Shown piece after piece: positions 26,279 through 35,250 of a stretch of 64,000 nt of DNA. The DNA is taken from positions 2,077,330-2,141,329 of the forward strand of contig OZ244741.1 in NCBI GenBank assembly GCA_965219425.1. Reading direction: 5' to 3'. Each line of letters starts with the position of its first letter. Positions within the stretch are counted from its first letter, which is position 1. The notes beneath the pieces were generated by a model. That model searched no databases. It was given only the letters and a program-made list of their open reading frames with translations, and was not told the DNA's origin. Both the position numbers and the translations under genes were made by a program. The stretch comes from Dehalococcoidia bacterium (lineage in GTDB: Bacteria; Chloroflexota; Dehalococcoidia; Lucifugimonadales; Australimonadaceae).

Positions 26279-27034
26279 TTGGTTTCGACCCAACCATGGC
26301 ATGACTGGAAGGGACAGGCAATTCGGCATCGCGTCCTCATGGTGGACGACGACCCGCAGACGCTGAGGTACTTCCGAGACGCGCTCGTCGGGGCGGGCTA
26401 CGCGCCGATTGTTACCGGCGACCTGCAGGAGGCGACGAGCCTTGTGGAGGCGAACGACCCCCACCTGGTCCTGCTGGACCTAGTGCTGCCGGAGACCGAC
26501 GGGATCGACCTGATGAAGGACACCGCCGAGACGAGAGACGTACCGGTCATCTTCCTGTCCGCCTACGGCTAGGACAAGCTCGTCGCCAGGGCCTTCGACA
26601 TGGGGGCCGCCGACTACGTGGTCAAGCCCTTCTCACCGACGGAGCTGTTAGCCAGGATCAGGGCCGCTCTGCGCAGGCGCGAGGTCCCCAAGCCGTCGGA
26701 GCCCTATATGTTGGGCGATTTGACCATCGACTATGACGAGCGCCGGGTGACCCTCGCCGGTCGCCCGGTGGAGCTGACCGCCAAGGAGTACGGGACGCTG
26801 GTCGAGCTCTCGACCAACGCCGGACGCGTGCTGACCTACGAGCCTCTGCTGCGCCGGGTCTGGGGGCTTGACGCCGACATTCGCCCCATGCAGACCACCA
26901 TAAGCAGCATCCGCCGCAAGCTGGGCGACGACGCCGAAGACCCCAAGTACATCTTCACTGAGATCCGCGTCGGCTACCGGATGCCGAAGGGGGAGGAGGC
27001 TAATATGTGGAGCCGTGAGCGGAGGAGCCGCTGA
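26279..27034 (+). pseudogene. OmpR-family response regulator interrupted by an in-frame TAG (or split REC/wHTH)
   Basis: VLMVDDD...LLDLVLPETDGIDLM...VIFLSAYG* stops at TAG 26570-26572, where the paralog in 21002..23437 has CAG (22967-22969). The reading frame continues as DKLVARAFDMGAADYVVKPF...RVGYRMP. The 5' limit is uncertain. Confidence 0.8.
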
Positions 27035-27136
27035 ACCGACCTCTATTCCGAGACCATCTGTGGATAATCAGGGTCATTAGGCCAGTGCTATTCACGGACA
27101 TCCGGCCACCCTGAACGCCGGTGGTTAGGGCTTGTA

Positions 27137-27922
27137 TCAGTGAGTCGTTGACGAGTCAACCACCTCCTTTGCCCCCAGCAAGGCCCGATGCGGAGAGAGC
27201 CTTTGCCGGTAGCTGGGGCCTTCGATGACGATCTGGTAGCTGGCGTTGGCGAGTCGGTCGAGGGCGCTGTTGCCGAGGATGGGATCGTCGAAGAGGCTGA
27301 GCCATTCCTCCACGGCCCGGTTGGAGGTGATGACGAAGCTGGAGACGCGGTGTCTGCTGATGATTAGCTCGTAGAGGTCGGCGGACTGTTGGGCGGTGAG
27401 CCGGTGGAGGCCGAGGTCGTCGAGGATGAGCAGGTCTGGGGAGAGGAACGAGCGGAATGTGCGTCCCACGGAGTTGTCGACCCTGGCTTGAGTCATGGTC
27501 TTGAAGAAGTCGTCAGCATGGATGAAGCGGACGGTGTGTCCGGCGCGGACGGCGGCGTAGCCCAGGGCCTGTGCGAGGAAGCTCTTGCCAACTCCGGCGG
27601 GGCCGACGAGCAGGACGTGCTCGTTGCGGGCTAGGAACTGCAGGGAGAAGGCGGCATCAAGGAGCCGGCGGTCCAGGGTGATCGACGCAGTCCAGTCGAA
27701 GTCCTCGAGGCGGGAGACCCGCTCGAAGCCAGCGCTGTGCAGTCGGAGCTCGATGCGCCGGTGGTCCCGTCGGCTGATCTCGTCGGCGAGGATGATCTCC
27801 AAGAATGAGGCGTAGTCCAACTGGTCCCTTCTGGCCAAGGCGATGCGCTCGGGCAGCGTGGCCGCCATGGGCCCCAGCTGGAGCCGTTTGAGCAGAGGCG
27901 TGAGTTCAGTGACACGGGTCAT
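27137..27922 (-). CDS. istB: IS21-family helper ATPase IstB
   Basis: LLVGPAGVGKSFLAQALG Walker A and LLILDDLG Walker B. Start at the internal ATG 27922 overlapping the istA stop. Confidence 0.9.
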   Translation of the reverse strand: MTRVTELTPLLKRLQLGPMAATLPERIALARRDQLDYASFLEIILADEISRRDHRRIELRLHSAGFERVSRLEDFDWTASITLDRRLLDAAFSLQFLARNEHVLLVGPAGVGKSFLAQALGYAAVRAGHTVRFIHADDFFKTMTQARVDNSVGRTFRSFLSPDLLILDDLGLHRLTAQQSADLYELIISRHRVSSFVITSNRAVEEWLSLFDDPILGNSALDRLANASYQIVIEGPSYRQRLSPHRALLGAKEVVDSSTTH

Positions 27923-29502
27923 GGCTGATCTCCTGGTGATGACTGGTGGCTGAGGGCAAAGACTGAGCCGGGCCGGGTGAAGCGACCCGCAGGCAATGGC
28001 GGGGGATGCTCCTGCACCTCGCTCTGCTCCAAGGCTTCCACCAGGATGCGCTCCACGCGACGCACGTCGATGAGGTCTACGGTCAGGGCCTTGCGGCATG
28101 CGGCGTCGAGGCGTTCCGGGGTGTAACGCTGGCCGAGGCGTATGAGCTTGTGGCCTTGCCGCACCTTGGCCCAAGGCAGAGGGCCGTCGAAGAGACGCTC
28201 GACGAAGTCAGCCACCGCGGGACCCTGCTCTGCTGCGCTGCGCTTGATGCTCTCAGGCGCCCGCAGGGTGTAGGCGGTCAGCTCCGCCGGATAGTCCTCT
28301 GAGTCGGTGGAGCGGCCACCGCGAGGCTGACGGGGGTGGAGCTTGATCAGCCTGCCCCGGTGGTAGATGCGCACCAGTTTGCTGCCCAGCCCGATCTCCA
28401 CCTGCTGGCCCGGCGGACAAAGGGCAGCCGGGACTGAGTAAAGGGCATATTGGCAAGCCACGTGGTGATCGGAATGCACCTTGGCCGTGCGCCAGTGAGT
28501 GACCTCGTAGGGCTCGCCATCCCAGGGAGCGAGGGCGTGCCGCTCCTCATCCTGGAAGACGACCAGGGGCTGCTGCCGGGTGGCGCCATGCACGCGATGT
28601 CCAGCAACATCACGACACCAACGTGCCGCTTCCTCCCTCAGGTGGGAGAAGCTGCTGAAGCTGCCGCCCTTGAAGAAGCGCTCCCGCACGTATTGGACGC
28701 TTCGCTCCACCTTGGGCTTGTCCTTGGGGTGACGCACGCGGGCCGGATCGGCGATGAAGCCGCGGTGCTGTGAATACTCCAAGAAACCCCGGGTGAGCCG
28801 GGGATGCAGAGCGTCAGCGCCCGCGACCGCGGCGGGGAAGTTGTCGATGACGAGATAGTTGGGAATACCGCCGAAGAAAGCCCAGGCCGCCTCCAGTCCG
28901 TCGACGACGTCTTCCAGCTTCTGGTTGAAGGTGGGCCACACGAAACAGTGCCGGGAATAGGCCAGCACCACGATCAGCGCCCACACCGTGCGGTGGCGGC
29001 CGGTCTCTGGGTCCGGCGCCAATCCCAAGCGTCCAAAGTCCAGTTCCGCCACCTCACCCGGTGCACTCTCTGCCATCCGAACGGTCCTGGGATTGCGCCG
29101 ACGCCAGTTGCGATGCGCCACGAAGCGATGGAGCGAAGCATAGGACACCCGACAATCCCGCTCCGCCAGCAACTCCAGGATGCGCGTCACCTGCAGCCGG
29201 TCGACGGTGAGCCACTGATAGATCTGGTCTGCCCAGGGAACCAGCTTGTCCTCGGCTGGCGTGGCCACCGCCCGCGGACCGGAACGACCGATCGCCGCCA
29301 GCCGATTCAGTTGCAGGTCGGTGGGCGCCGGTCCCTCGTGAGACACACCCAGCCCCTCCGCCGCGGCGATGTATCGTCCAACGGTCTCCCGAGACAGCCC
29401 GGTCCCCAATGCTATGTGCCGCTGGCTGCTCCCCGCCTGCCAGCGGCGGATGACTTCAGATATCTCCACTCTCAGCACCTCTTTATAGGCCATCTGCTGC
29501 AC
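27919..29502 (-). CDS. istA: IS21-family transposase IstA
   Basis: N-terminal HTH (ISEVIRRWQAGSSQRHIALGTGLSRETV). DDE-type core with AELDFG...VLAYSRH...IDNF. 527 aa. Confidence 0.9.
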   Translation of the reverse strand: MQQMAYKEVLRVEISEVIRRWQAGSSQRHIALGTGLSRETVGRYIAAAEGLGVSHEGPAPTDLQLNRLAAIGRSGPRAVATPAEDKLVPWADQIYQWLTVDRLQVTRILELLAERDCRVSYASLHRFVAHRNWRRRNPRTVRMAESAPGEVAELDFGRLGLAPDPETGRHRTVWALIVVLAYSRHCFVWPTFNQKLEDVVDGLEAAWAFFGGIPNYLVIDNFPAAVAGADALHPRLTRGFLEYSQHRGFIADPARVRHPKDKPKVERSVQYVRERFFKGGSFSSFSHLREEAARWCRDVAGHRVHGATRQQPLVVFQDEERHALAPWDGEPYEVTHWRTAKVHSDHHVACQYALYSVPAALCPPGQQVEIGLGSKLVRIYHRGRLIKLHPRQPRGGRSTDSEDYPAELTAYTLRAPESIKRSAAEQGPAVADFVERLFDGPLPWAKVRQGHKLIRLGQRYTPERLDAACRKALTVDLIDVRRVERILVEALEQSEVQEHPPPLPAGRFTRPGSVFALSHQSSPGDQP

Positions 29503-29754
29503 CTCGTCATGAAGTGCGGCTATGGTCTCCGATTCGGCGCGCAGGGTGACCGGATGATCCTGAATAGCTGGCCTAATGACCTTGAATTTCTCTCAACTTC
29601 CTGGCCTCAAGATCATGACTATTCACAACCATCCAGGTTTCTCCGACGAACGAGGTGACCCACAGGTGTCCATAACACCAGGCGAGGCTCTATCACCCCG
29701 GAATCGGGTAGGCCAGGGCTTGTGAGAAGAATCCAGCAGGAGGCTGACGGCAGC

Positions 29755-29813
29755 TTGCACCTGTCCGTTTCCCAAAGTAGAATACCGGTATTCTGGGTTT
29801 TTGCGGTATTCTA
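29755..29813 (+). promoter_or_regulatory. promoter TTGCAC-17-TAGAAT overlapped by a 16-bp perfect palindrome plus an extra half-site
   Basis: TTGCAC 29755-29760. TAGAAT 29778-29783. AGAATACCGGTATTCT 29779-29794. CGGTATTCTA 29804-29813. Confidence 0.5.
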
Positions 29814-29832
29814 GGCGTTTGAGGCGGATAAG

Positions 29833-30120
29833 GTGAGGAGCACTCCTAACAACAATGTACGACGGTCCGAATTGCTGACACGCCTATTCACGCCCGACGG
29901 TAGACCACGGGAAGGGCTGGAGAATCAGACATCCCTCAGTTCCGCCGATGTTGCCGCATTGTTTCAAATGACAGAACGGTCTATACGAAAGCTAGCAGCC
30001 GATGGTCGGCTGCCTCATATGCGTACTTTGGGAGGCGGACGCCTTTTATATCCTGTTCATCAGATCGCTGTGTTATACAGGAAGTTCTGCTCGCATTCCG
30101 GTCTCAACGAATTGCCATGA
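29833..30120 (+). CDS. excisionase/MerR-like HTH DNA-binding protein
   Basis: LSSADVAALFQMTERSIRKLAADGRLPHMRTLGGGRLLYPVHQIAVL fits the Xis-type HTH_17 pattern. GTG start. Stop overlaps the next ATG. Confidence 0.65.
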   Translation: MRSTPNNNVRRSELLTRLFTPDGRPREGLENQTSLSSADVAALFQMTERSIRKLAADGRLPHMRTLGGGRLLYPVHQIAVLYRKFCSHSGLNELP

Positions 30121-31370
30121 ATACCACTCCACAGCTTTGTTCTCAAGACTTGCCAGAGAACTTTACGCATCGGCCCGAACTCGGGAGCATGGCAACATCC
30201 AGAGACCTGCGAGATGCTCCGATACATCGATGGTTCTATTTCCTCCATAGCTATTCATTTCGGCTTGTCGAACAGATTGTAGACTATTGGGCGATTCCAC
30301 GGGGTTCGGTGCTGTTGGATAACTTCGCCGGCTCCGGTACGACTCTGGTCGCCGCCAAGGGACTAGGAATGTCGGCGATAGGTTACGACATTTTACCATT
30401 GGCAGTTACGGTCTCTAGGGCCAAGACCGCAAATTACGAGGTAGATTCGCTACGCGTGTGTAGCCAACAGATAAGGGACTACAGTGGAGAGGGGTTTCTA
30501 CCGTCTGGCCTTCCTCAAAGGCTGCGGGACGCTTTCAGCGACAACGAATTAGTGGAACTATGCACGATTCTTGAAGCTATAGGAGAGCTACCTGAGACCG
30601 AACGGGGCTTTTTCTTAATGGCTGCCCTTTCTACTGCATACGATTTCACCAGAGCGGTTTCCGATGGAGGATGGCTCAGGTGGACCGAGAGTCCAGACAG
30701 AGGACACGAGGTAAGGGATGTTTTTGAGCAGCGAGTAGGGCATATGTTGACGGACATCGGGGCTTCTGCGCTCGACTGCGATTCTACTCCGCCTGCAACC
30801 TCCCTAGGGGATGCACGTACGCTGCCGTTGCCAACAGGTTCTGTTGACGCAGTCCTCACTTCTCCCCCGTATCCCAATCGACACGATTATTCACGCGTAT
30901 TTCACATAGGATTGCTTCTACTTGGCGAAACCGAGTCAGCTGTCAAGGATCTCCGAAGAAGGTCTCTACGCTCGCACGTAGAAGCCAAGGAGTCAGATGA
31001 GTGGTCTACCCGACTGGTCGAATTTCAGGTCCCAGCCATTCTTCGCCCCGTACTAGAGTTCCTGCAATGTAATGCGGACATTCGAGTTGAGCGAATGGTT
31101 CGTGGCTATTTCGAAGATATGTTTTTGTCACTTCAGGAGGTATCCCGTGTTCTTCGCCCCGGCGGACGCGCAGCGCTGGTTGTAGGGAACGTACGTCATG
31201 CCGGCATAATGGTCCCGGTCGATGAGGTGCTCGCGAACTTGGCGATACAAGTTGGGCTTGACTTTGACACGGCTTGGGTGATGCGTCTACGTGGCAACAG
31301 CGCACAACAGATGGGGCGGTATGGGAAGGAACCGTCCCGCGAATCGGTAGTTCTGTTCTCGAAGCCGTAG
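30117..31370 (+). CDS. DNA methyltransferase (FxGxG then SPPY; N6-adenine or N4-cytosine type)
   Basis: LLDNFAGSGTTLVAAKGLG (motif I) upstream of AVLTSPPYPNRHDY (motif IV). Confidence 0.8.
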   Translation: MNTTPQLCSQDLPENFTHRPELGSMATSRDLRDAPIHRWFYFLHSYSFRLVEQIVDYWAIPRGSVLLDNFAGSGTTLVAAKGLGMSAIGYDILPLAVTVSRAKTANYEVDSLRVCSQQIRDYSGEGFLPSGLPQRLRDAFSDNELVELCTILEAIGELPETERGFFLMAALSTAYDFTRAVSDGGWLRWTESPDRGHEVRDVFEQRVGHMLTDIGASALDCDSTPPATSLGDARTLPLPTGSVDAVLTSPPYPNRHDYSRVFHIGLLLLGETESAVKDLRRRSLRSHVEAKESDEWSTRLVEFQVPAILRPVLEFLQCNADIRVERMVRGYFEDMFLSLQEVSRVLRPGGRAALVVGNVRHAGIMVPVDEVLANLAIQVGLDFDTAWVMRLRGNSAQQMGRYGKEPSRESVVLFSKP

Positions 31371-31374
31371 TGTA

Positions 31375-32397
31375 ATGAGCGCGTACTGGATGCGATGGCT
31401 CGATTTCAGCCGTTTGGCCGGTCTATTCGCGATAGTTGCATCGGCACCTGGCGTTCTCACTTCTAGTGAATTGGATAAAGTGGCTATAGAACAAGGTGTC
31501 TTTGTTGCCTCCGGTAAGCCCTTGGGGAAGTCAAGCCGATACCATCACCGACGAGCTCTTGAGCAGTTGGGCTTTGTAAGAAAAGATAGAGGGCGTTTCT
31601 TCCCTAGTTTAGCAAGGGGTGAGTGCGAAGTCATGGCTTCGACCGACAGACGGAACAGTTTGAGCCAGGAGCAACGTCTTCTGTTTAGCGAAAGAGTGTT
31701 ATCTAATGCCGACTGCTACGAGGTCTTTTGGAGTGCTTTCATGCCAGGGGATCGGCCGCACTCAATTGCTGACTTCATCCAGGCTGCCAAGCCAATAAGG
31801 CTGCAACTAGAGGAGAACGTTGAAAAGCCTCCTCTTTCGAAAAGGAAGTACCCTACATCAGTCCTCTTGTACGGAGCAGGCAATCCCAATCTACCCATGA
31901 GACACGCCGGGTACAATGCTGTCCAAGCGATTCACTTCGGCATGCGGCGCTGGGGAATCGAGCAACTTCGATTCTTAGATGAGCTTTACCAAGTAGGACA
32001 AGGACATCACATTTTCCCAATTGGGCTGAACTGGCGCTATGACCCAATTATGATGGATCGAGCTTTGTATGAAGAGTTACGCTTCGAAGGCGACTGGGCC
32101 ATGCCACGAGTCAGCGACCTCCTGTTGAGTGCAGCTATTCGACTGAAGGTTCCCATAAGCCCTTTTCGGGACAGACTGCAGACCTGGCTCAAGGAGTACT
32201 CAGGGGACGTGGCTCCGGTCTTTGTGAGTGAACGTATGATTCTTTTTGGCCGTTCAGAAAGGATCCACCAACTCGTTTTGTCTGGATTTCTAAGTCCACC
32301 CGATGGTGGACTAGTATCTCATCTAAAGGTTCACCGAGGGATCGTGGACAAACTGGAATTGCGTTTCGCCCGGGAGGATACTCATGGATCAGTCTGA
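31375..32397 (+). CDS. hypothetical protein (possible N-terminal winged-helix)
   Basis: 340-aa ORF 4 nt after the methyltransferase stop. RYHHRRALEQLGFVRKD is wHTH-like. No catalytic motif recognised. Confidence 0.6.
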   Translation: MSAYWMRWLDFSRLAGLFAIVASAPGVLTSSELDKVAIEQGVFVASGKPLGKSSRYHHRRALEQLGFVRKDRGRFFPSLARGECEVMASTDRRNSLSQEQRLLFSERVLSNADCYEVFWSAFMPGDRPHSIADFIQAAKPIRLQLEENVEKPPLSKRKYPTSVLLYGAGNPNLPMRHAGYNAVQAIHFGMRRWGIEQLRFLDELYQVGQGHHIFPIGLNWRYDPIMMDRALYEELRFEGDWAMPRVSDLLLSAAIRLKVPISPFRDRLQTWLKEYSGDVAPVFVSERMILFGRSERIHQLVLSGFLSPPDGGLVSHLKVHRGIVDKLELRFAREDTHGSV

Positions 32398-33550
32398 ACT
32401 CTTCGCCCGCTATGGACTTAAATTCAATCCATTTCCACCTGCCGCAACCGGTACGGCCTTTGCTAAAGAGCTGTGGGTCCCGTCATCTTGGTCTACGGAG
32501 CTGGGATCCGTGTTCACCGCACTATCAGGTGGGGAAGGACCAAAGGCTACGACCGTAGTCGGCGGCTACGGCAGTGGCAAGACATACGTGCTGCACTGGA
32601 TGATGGAGCAGCAGTTTAGACCGAATCGCGTGCAGCCGTATTACATAGGCAACCCTGGCTTGGCGTTTTACACGCTGGCGGACGATCTACTCAGGCAGAT
32701 CGGCCGTTACGAGTTTTCGAAAGCAGTGTGGCAGGCACTTTCCAACGAACACGGAATGTTTGCCAACCAGTCTTCGTTTGTTGAATCGCCGTTTCACCTT
32801 TGGTTGGAATCCCTACACACGCAAGCTAGCAAGACCGAGGCGCAAAGGCGATTGGCCACAGCTCTGCAAATTCTCAAGCTCACCGACGAAGAAGAAGTGT
32901 CCTTCCGATTCGCACAGATAATAGTCGGCACTAGGGACCGACCCTTCTTCACTTTTCGAGATTTTGTACCTAGGTCACCTACCTCTGTCGTCGCAGAGAA
33001 CCAGGAAACTCGCTATTTCAGTGCTCTCATCCGAGTCTTGCTCTTTGCTTACGGCTGGGATGGAATCGCATTCCTGCTGGACGAGTTCGAAGACGTTGCT
33101 CTCGGTAAGCGCTTGGCCAGACGACAGTCTCACGAATACACGTCTACACTCCGACGACTATTGGACGCCGCTGATGAGGAGAGATTCTGGCTTGCCCTCT
33201 CTATCACCCGAGAAGGCTTGGAGCAAACTAGGGTGTTGGAACCGGCGCTTCTCGATCGTTTTGGCGGTGAATTCGAGCTCAAGCCTCTTTCGGACGACGA
33301 CGCATTTGCCTTAGTTCTCCACCGGTTGCGCAGTGCTAGAGAAGATGACCAAGGCGAGACATTGTGGCCGTTCGAGGATGATGCACTGCAAGAACTAAAG
33401 GCTGTAAACCGCTCTAGCCCGAGAGCTCTCATAAAGATCTTGTGGCGTTCACTAGCCGTTGCGGCCCAGAACAACATTGCCCCTCCCATTACAAGGGACT
33501 CTCTCGTTGATGCTGAGGCGAGTCTATCGGAAGGTCTTTCGGCGGAATGA
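32384..33550 (+). CDS. P-loop ATPase, ORC/Cdc6- or BrxC-like
   Basis: VVGGYGSGKTYVL Walker A, IAFLLDEFEDV Walker B, SSPRALIKILWRSL sensor-2-like helix. Overlaps the upstream gene by 14 nt. Confidence 0.75.
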   Translation: MDQSELFARYGLKFNPFPPAATGTAFAKELWVPSSWSTELGSVFTALSGGEGPKATTVVGGYGSGKTYVLHWMMEQQFRPNRVQPYYIGNPGLAFYTLADDLLRQIGRYEFSKAVWQALSNEHGMFANQSSFVESPFHLWLESLHTQASKTEAQRRLATALQILKLTDEEEVSFRFAQIIVGTRDRPFFTFRDFVPRSPTSVVAENQETRYFSALIRVLLFAYGWDGIAFLLDEFEDVALGKRLARRQSHEYTSTLRRLLDAADEERFWLALSITREGLEQTRVLEPALLDRFGGEFELKPLSDDDAFALVLHRLRSAREDDQGETLWPFEDDALQELKAVNRSSPRALIKILWRSLAVAAQNNIAPPITRDSLVDAEASLSEGLSAE

Positions 33551-34320
33551 CCAACATGAATCTGCTAAAGTTGGCCTTCCTGGATACTAACGCTTTGGTT
33601 AAATTGTTCACCTTTTGGGAAGCCTGCCAAATCGCGAAGGTTTCATTGTCGTCAGTTTCCGGTTGGCAGTCTCTGCGACAGGATCTAGCTAATGCGACGA
33701 CACCACTTGTCTCGGCCCTGAAGAGGGATGATTTCGATTCCGTGCAAATGGGGTACCAATGTTTCCAGCGGCTGGACGCCGCCAAAACAGATTTTGGCTT
33801 TCTGTGCTGTCAGGTGAGCCGCTCAGAACTGCATCATGTCCTGCTTTCGGCAACGGCATCAGAAGAGCTGCACCGTCACAGGGTGCCACGCTCGTTGGCA
33901 AACAAGCGCCCTCTGATAGTGCATCAACTTGCCCTGCCTTCTAATGCATACTCTGAGCTCGAAACCGAAATAGAAAGTTTCTTTGATACTATGAGAAATG
34001 TGCACTCGATAAACATCAAGACCCTTGAAGACCCAGCGAATGGCTATAACGTTGGTTCCGAGGACATATTCGAGACCGCGAGAAAGATATGGTCACATGT
34101 GTTGATGGAAACTATGGACTCATACATTTTCGCTGCTGCGATCCAAGCTGAAGCAGACTACTTGATGACTTCTGACGGCGCGTTCCGGAATACCGTAAAC
34201 GGTCTCCAACAGGGTCAAGGAGAATGGCAGGTTGTGGCGTCCGCGCTAAAGGTTGCATTGGGAAACAATCAGTCCTCCTCTTTCCCAAAGGGCATTGGAC
34301 TTACCAGCCCCTTGACTTGA
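33547..34320 (+). CDS. PIN-domain nuclease
   Basis: LAFLDTNALVKL (first Asp), SRSELHH (Glu), METMDSYIFAAA and YLMTSDGAF (distal Asp residues) in the canonical PIN order. ATGA overlap with the ATPase. Confidence 0.7.
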   Translation: MTNMNLLKLAFLDTNALVKLFTFWEACQIAKVSLSSVSGWQSLRQDLANATTPLVSALKRDDFDSVQMGYQCFQRLDAAKTDFGFLCCQVSRSELHHVLLSATASEELHRHRVPRSLANKRPLIVHQLALPSNAYSELETEIESFFDTMRNVHSINIKTLEDPANGYNVGSEDIFETARKIWSHVLMETMDSYIFAAAIQAEADYLMTSDGAFRNTVNGLQQGQGEWQVVASALKVALGNNQSSSFPKGIGLTSPLT

Positions 34321-35250
34321 CTTCCAATGGACCTCGATACAAGAGGCGGTAAGTGGATTGGAATTGAGTAGGGCCGTGGCGTAGAGAGGCCTGGTCGCTG
34401 CGGATTTGGGGCATGTCCGCAGGAATTGCCGTTGGGTTGCCGCCGTATCTTGGGGCTTAGGACAATGTTGGGGCTCACTACCCCTGCCTTAGTCGGGCAG
34501 AGTTGGGCGGTGTCTGAGTTTAACAAGCCCAATTGAACTGTCTCCAAAAGAATGAACCGCTCCCCCATCTATTGGACCAAGTGGCCTGTAAGCCGCGGTA
34601 GTCATCCGGTTGGCAATGCTAACAAGACAAGATCCTGCGGAGGTAGGTCTCCGAGGAGCCAATCGGGCCGCCCCGCAACGTAACAGTGCGTGCCGCGCTG
34701 AAGCTTCTTCCGGGCATCATCCAGGGACTCTGGCCCAGTTGACAGAGATCGAACCAGTCATGGGAGAGCCAACTCGTCCGTCCCGGCTCGCTAGCTCAAG
34801 CTCCAGAAGGTTTAGCTGGCCTCGGTGTGCTCACTTGGTCGCGCGTCACGCCCGTTCCCAATAGACCCACCGCCTCCGGCATGCTGCTGTGAGGCACGCT
34901 AGTGTCTAACAATCTGACCTGGCTTGAATGGACCCAAACCGACCGCCCACGAGTACTTAAATTTTCCGTGTCGATTGAGTCCGTCAAATGAAGATTCTTG
35001 ATTTTTCCAGTCCGGTGGTCCCGAAGAGACTTGAGCTTTCCGTGAGGACTCCGGTGCTGCGGATCACAGGCCTCCGAGCCAAAGTTCGAAGATGGTTCTG
35101 TCTACCGTGAAGAAAGGCCCACCAACGAAGACTCGAACCGCATTCGTCGTCTTAGGCGCGCCGCTGCCTGCCGGGATCTCAAGCTACTGCCCGCAAGTAC
35201 CGACTTTCCCCTGCTACTACCTCTCACCCACGGGGGAAGCCGGAGGGGGC
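34321..35250. other. about 0.93-kb region without a credible ORF (candidate structured RNA or decayed DNA)
   Basis: Only three short ORFs (63-99 aa) with no motif. Stops in all frames. Several short perfect hairpins, e.g. CTGCGGA/TCCGCAG at 34398-34422. Confidence 0.3.

Larger units (their letters stand above)
27059..29664 (-). mobile_element. IS21-family insertion sequence (istA-istB)
   Basis: istA/istB pair with ATGA overlap. Both ends begin TGTGG (27059; CCACA at 29660-29664). Inverted subterminal repeats GGTCATTAGGCCAG (27072-27085) and CTGGCCTAATGACC (29568-29581). Exact ends are tentative. Confidence 0.75.

Noticed and set aside
26038-26340. 100-aa minus-strand ORF and upstream region searched for a histidine-kinase remnant preceding the regulator pseudogene
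   Set aside because: No H-box, N-box or G-box, or any other motif, was found in any frame. The ORF is probably spurious.
35120-35160. tRNA-like GGTTCGAGTC (minus strand) that might mark a tRNA attachment site at the island edge
   Set aside because: The flanking bases give a 5-bp stem around a 13-nt loop rather than a 5-bp T-stem with a 7-nt loop. No acceptor or anticodon arms could be built. A second TTCGATC near 34750 also fails G53-C61 pairing.
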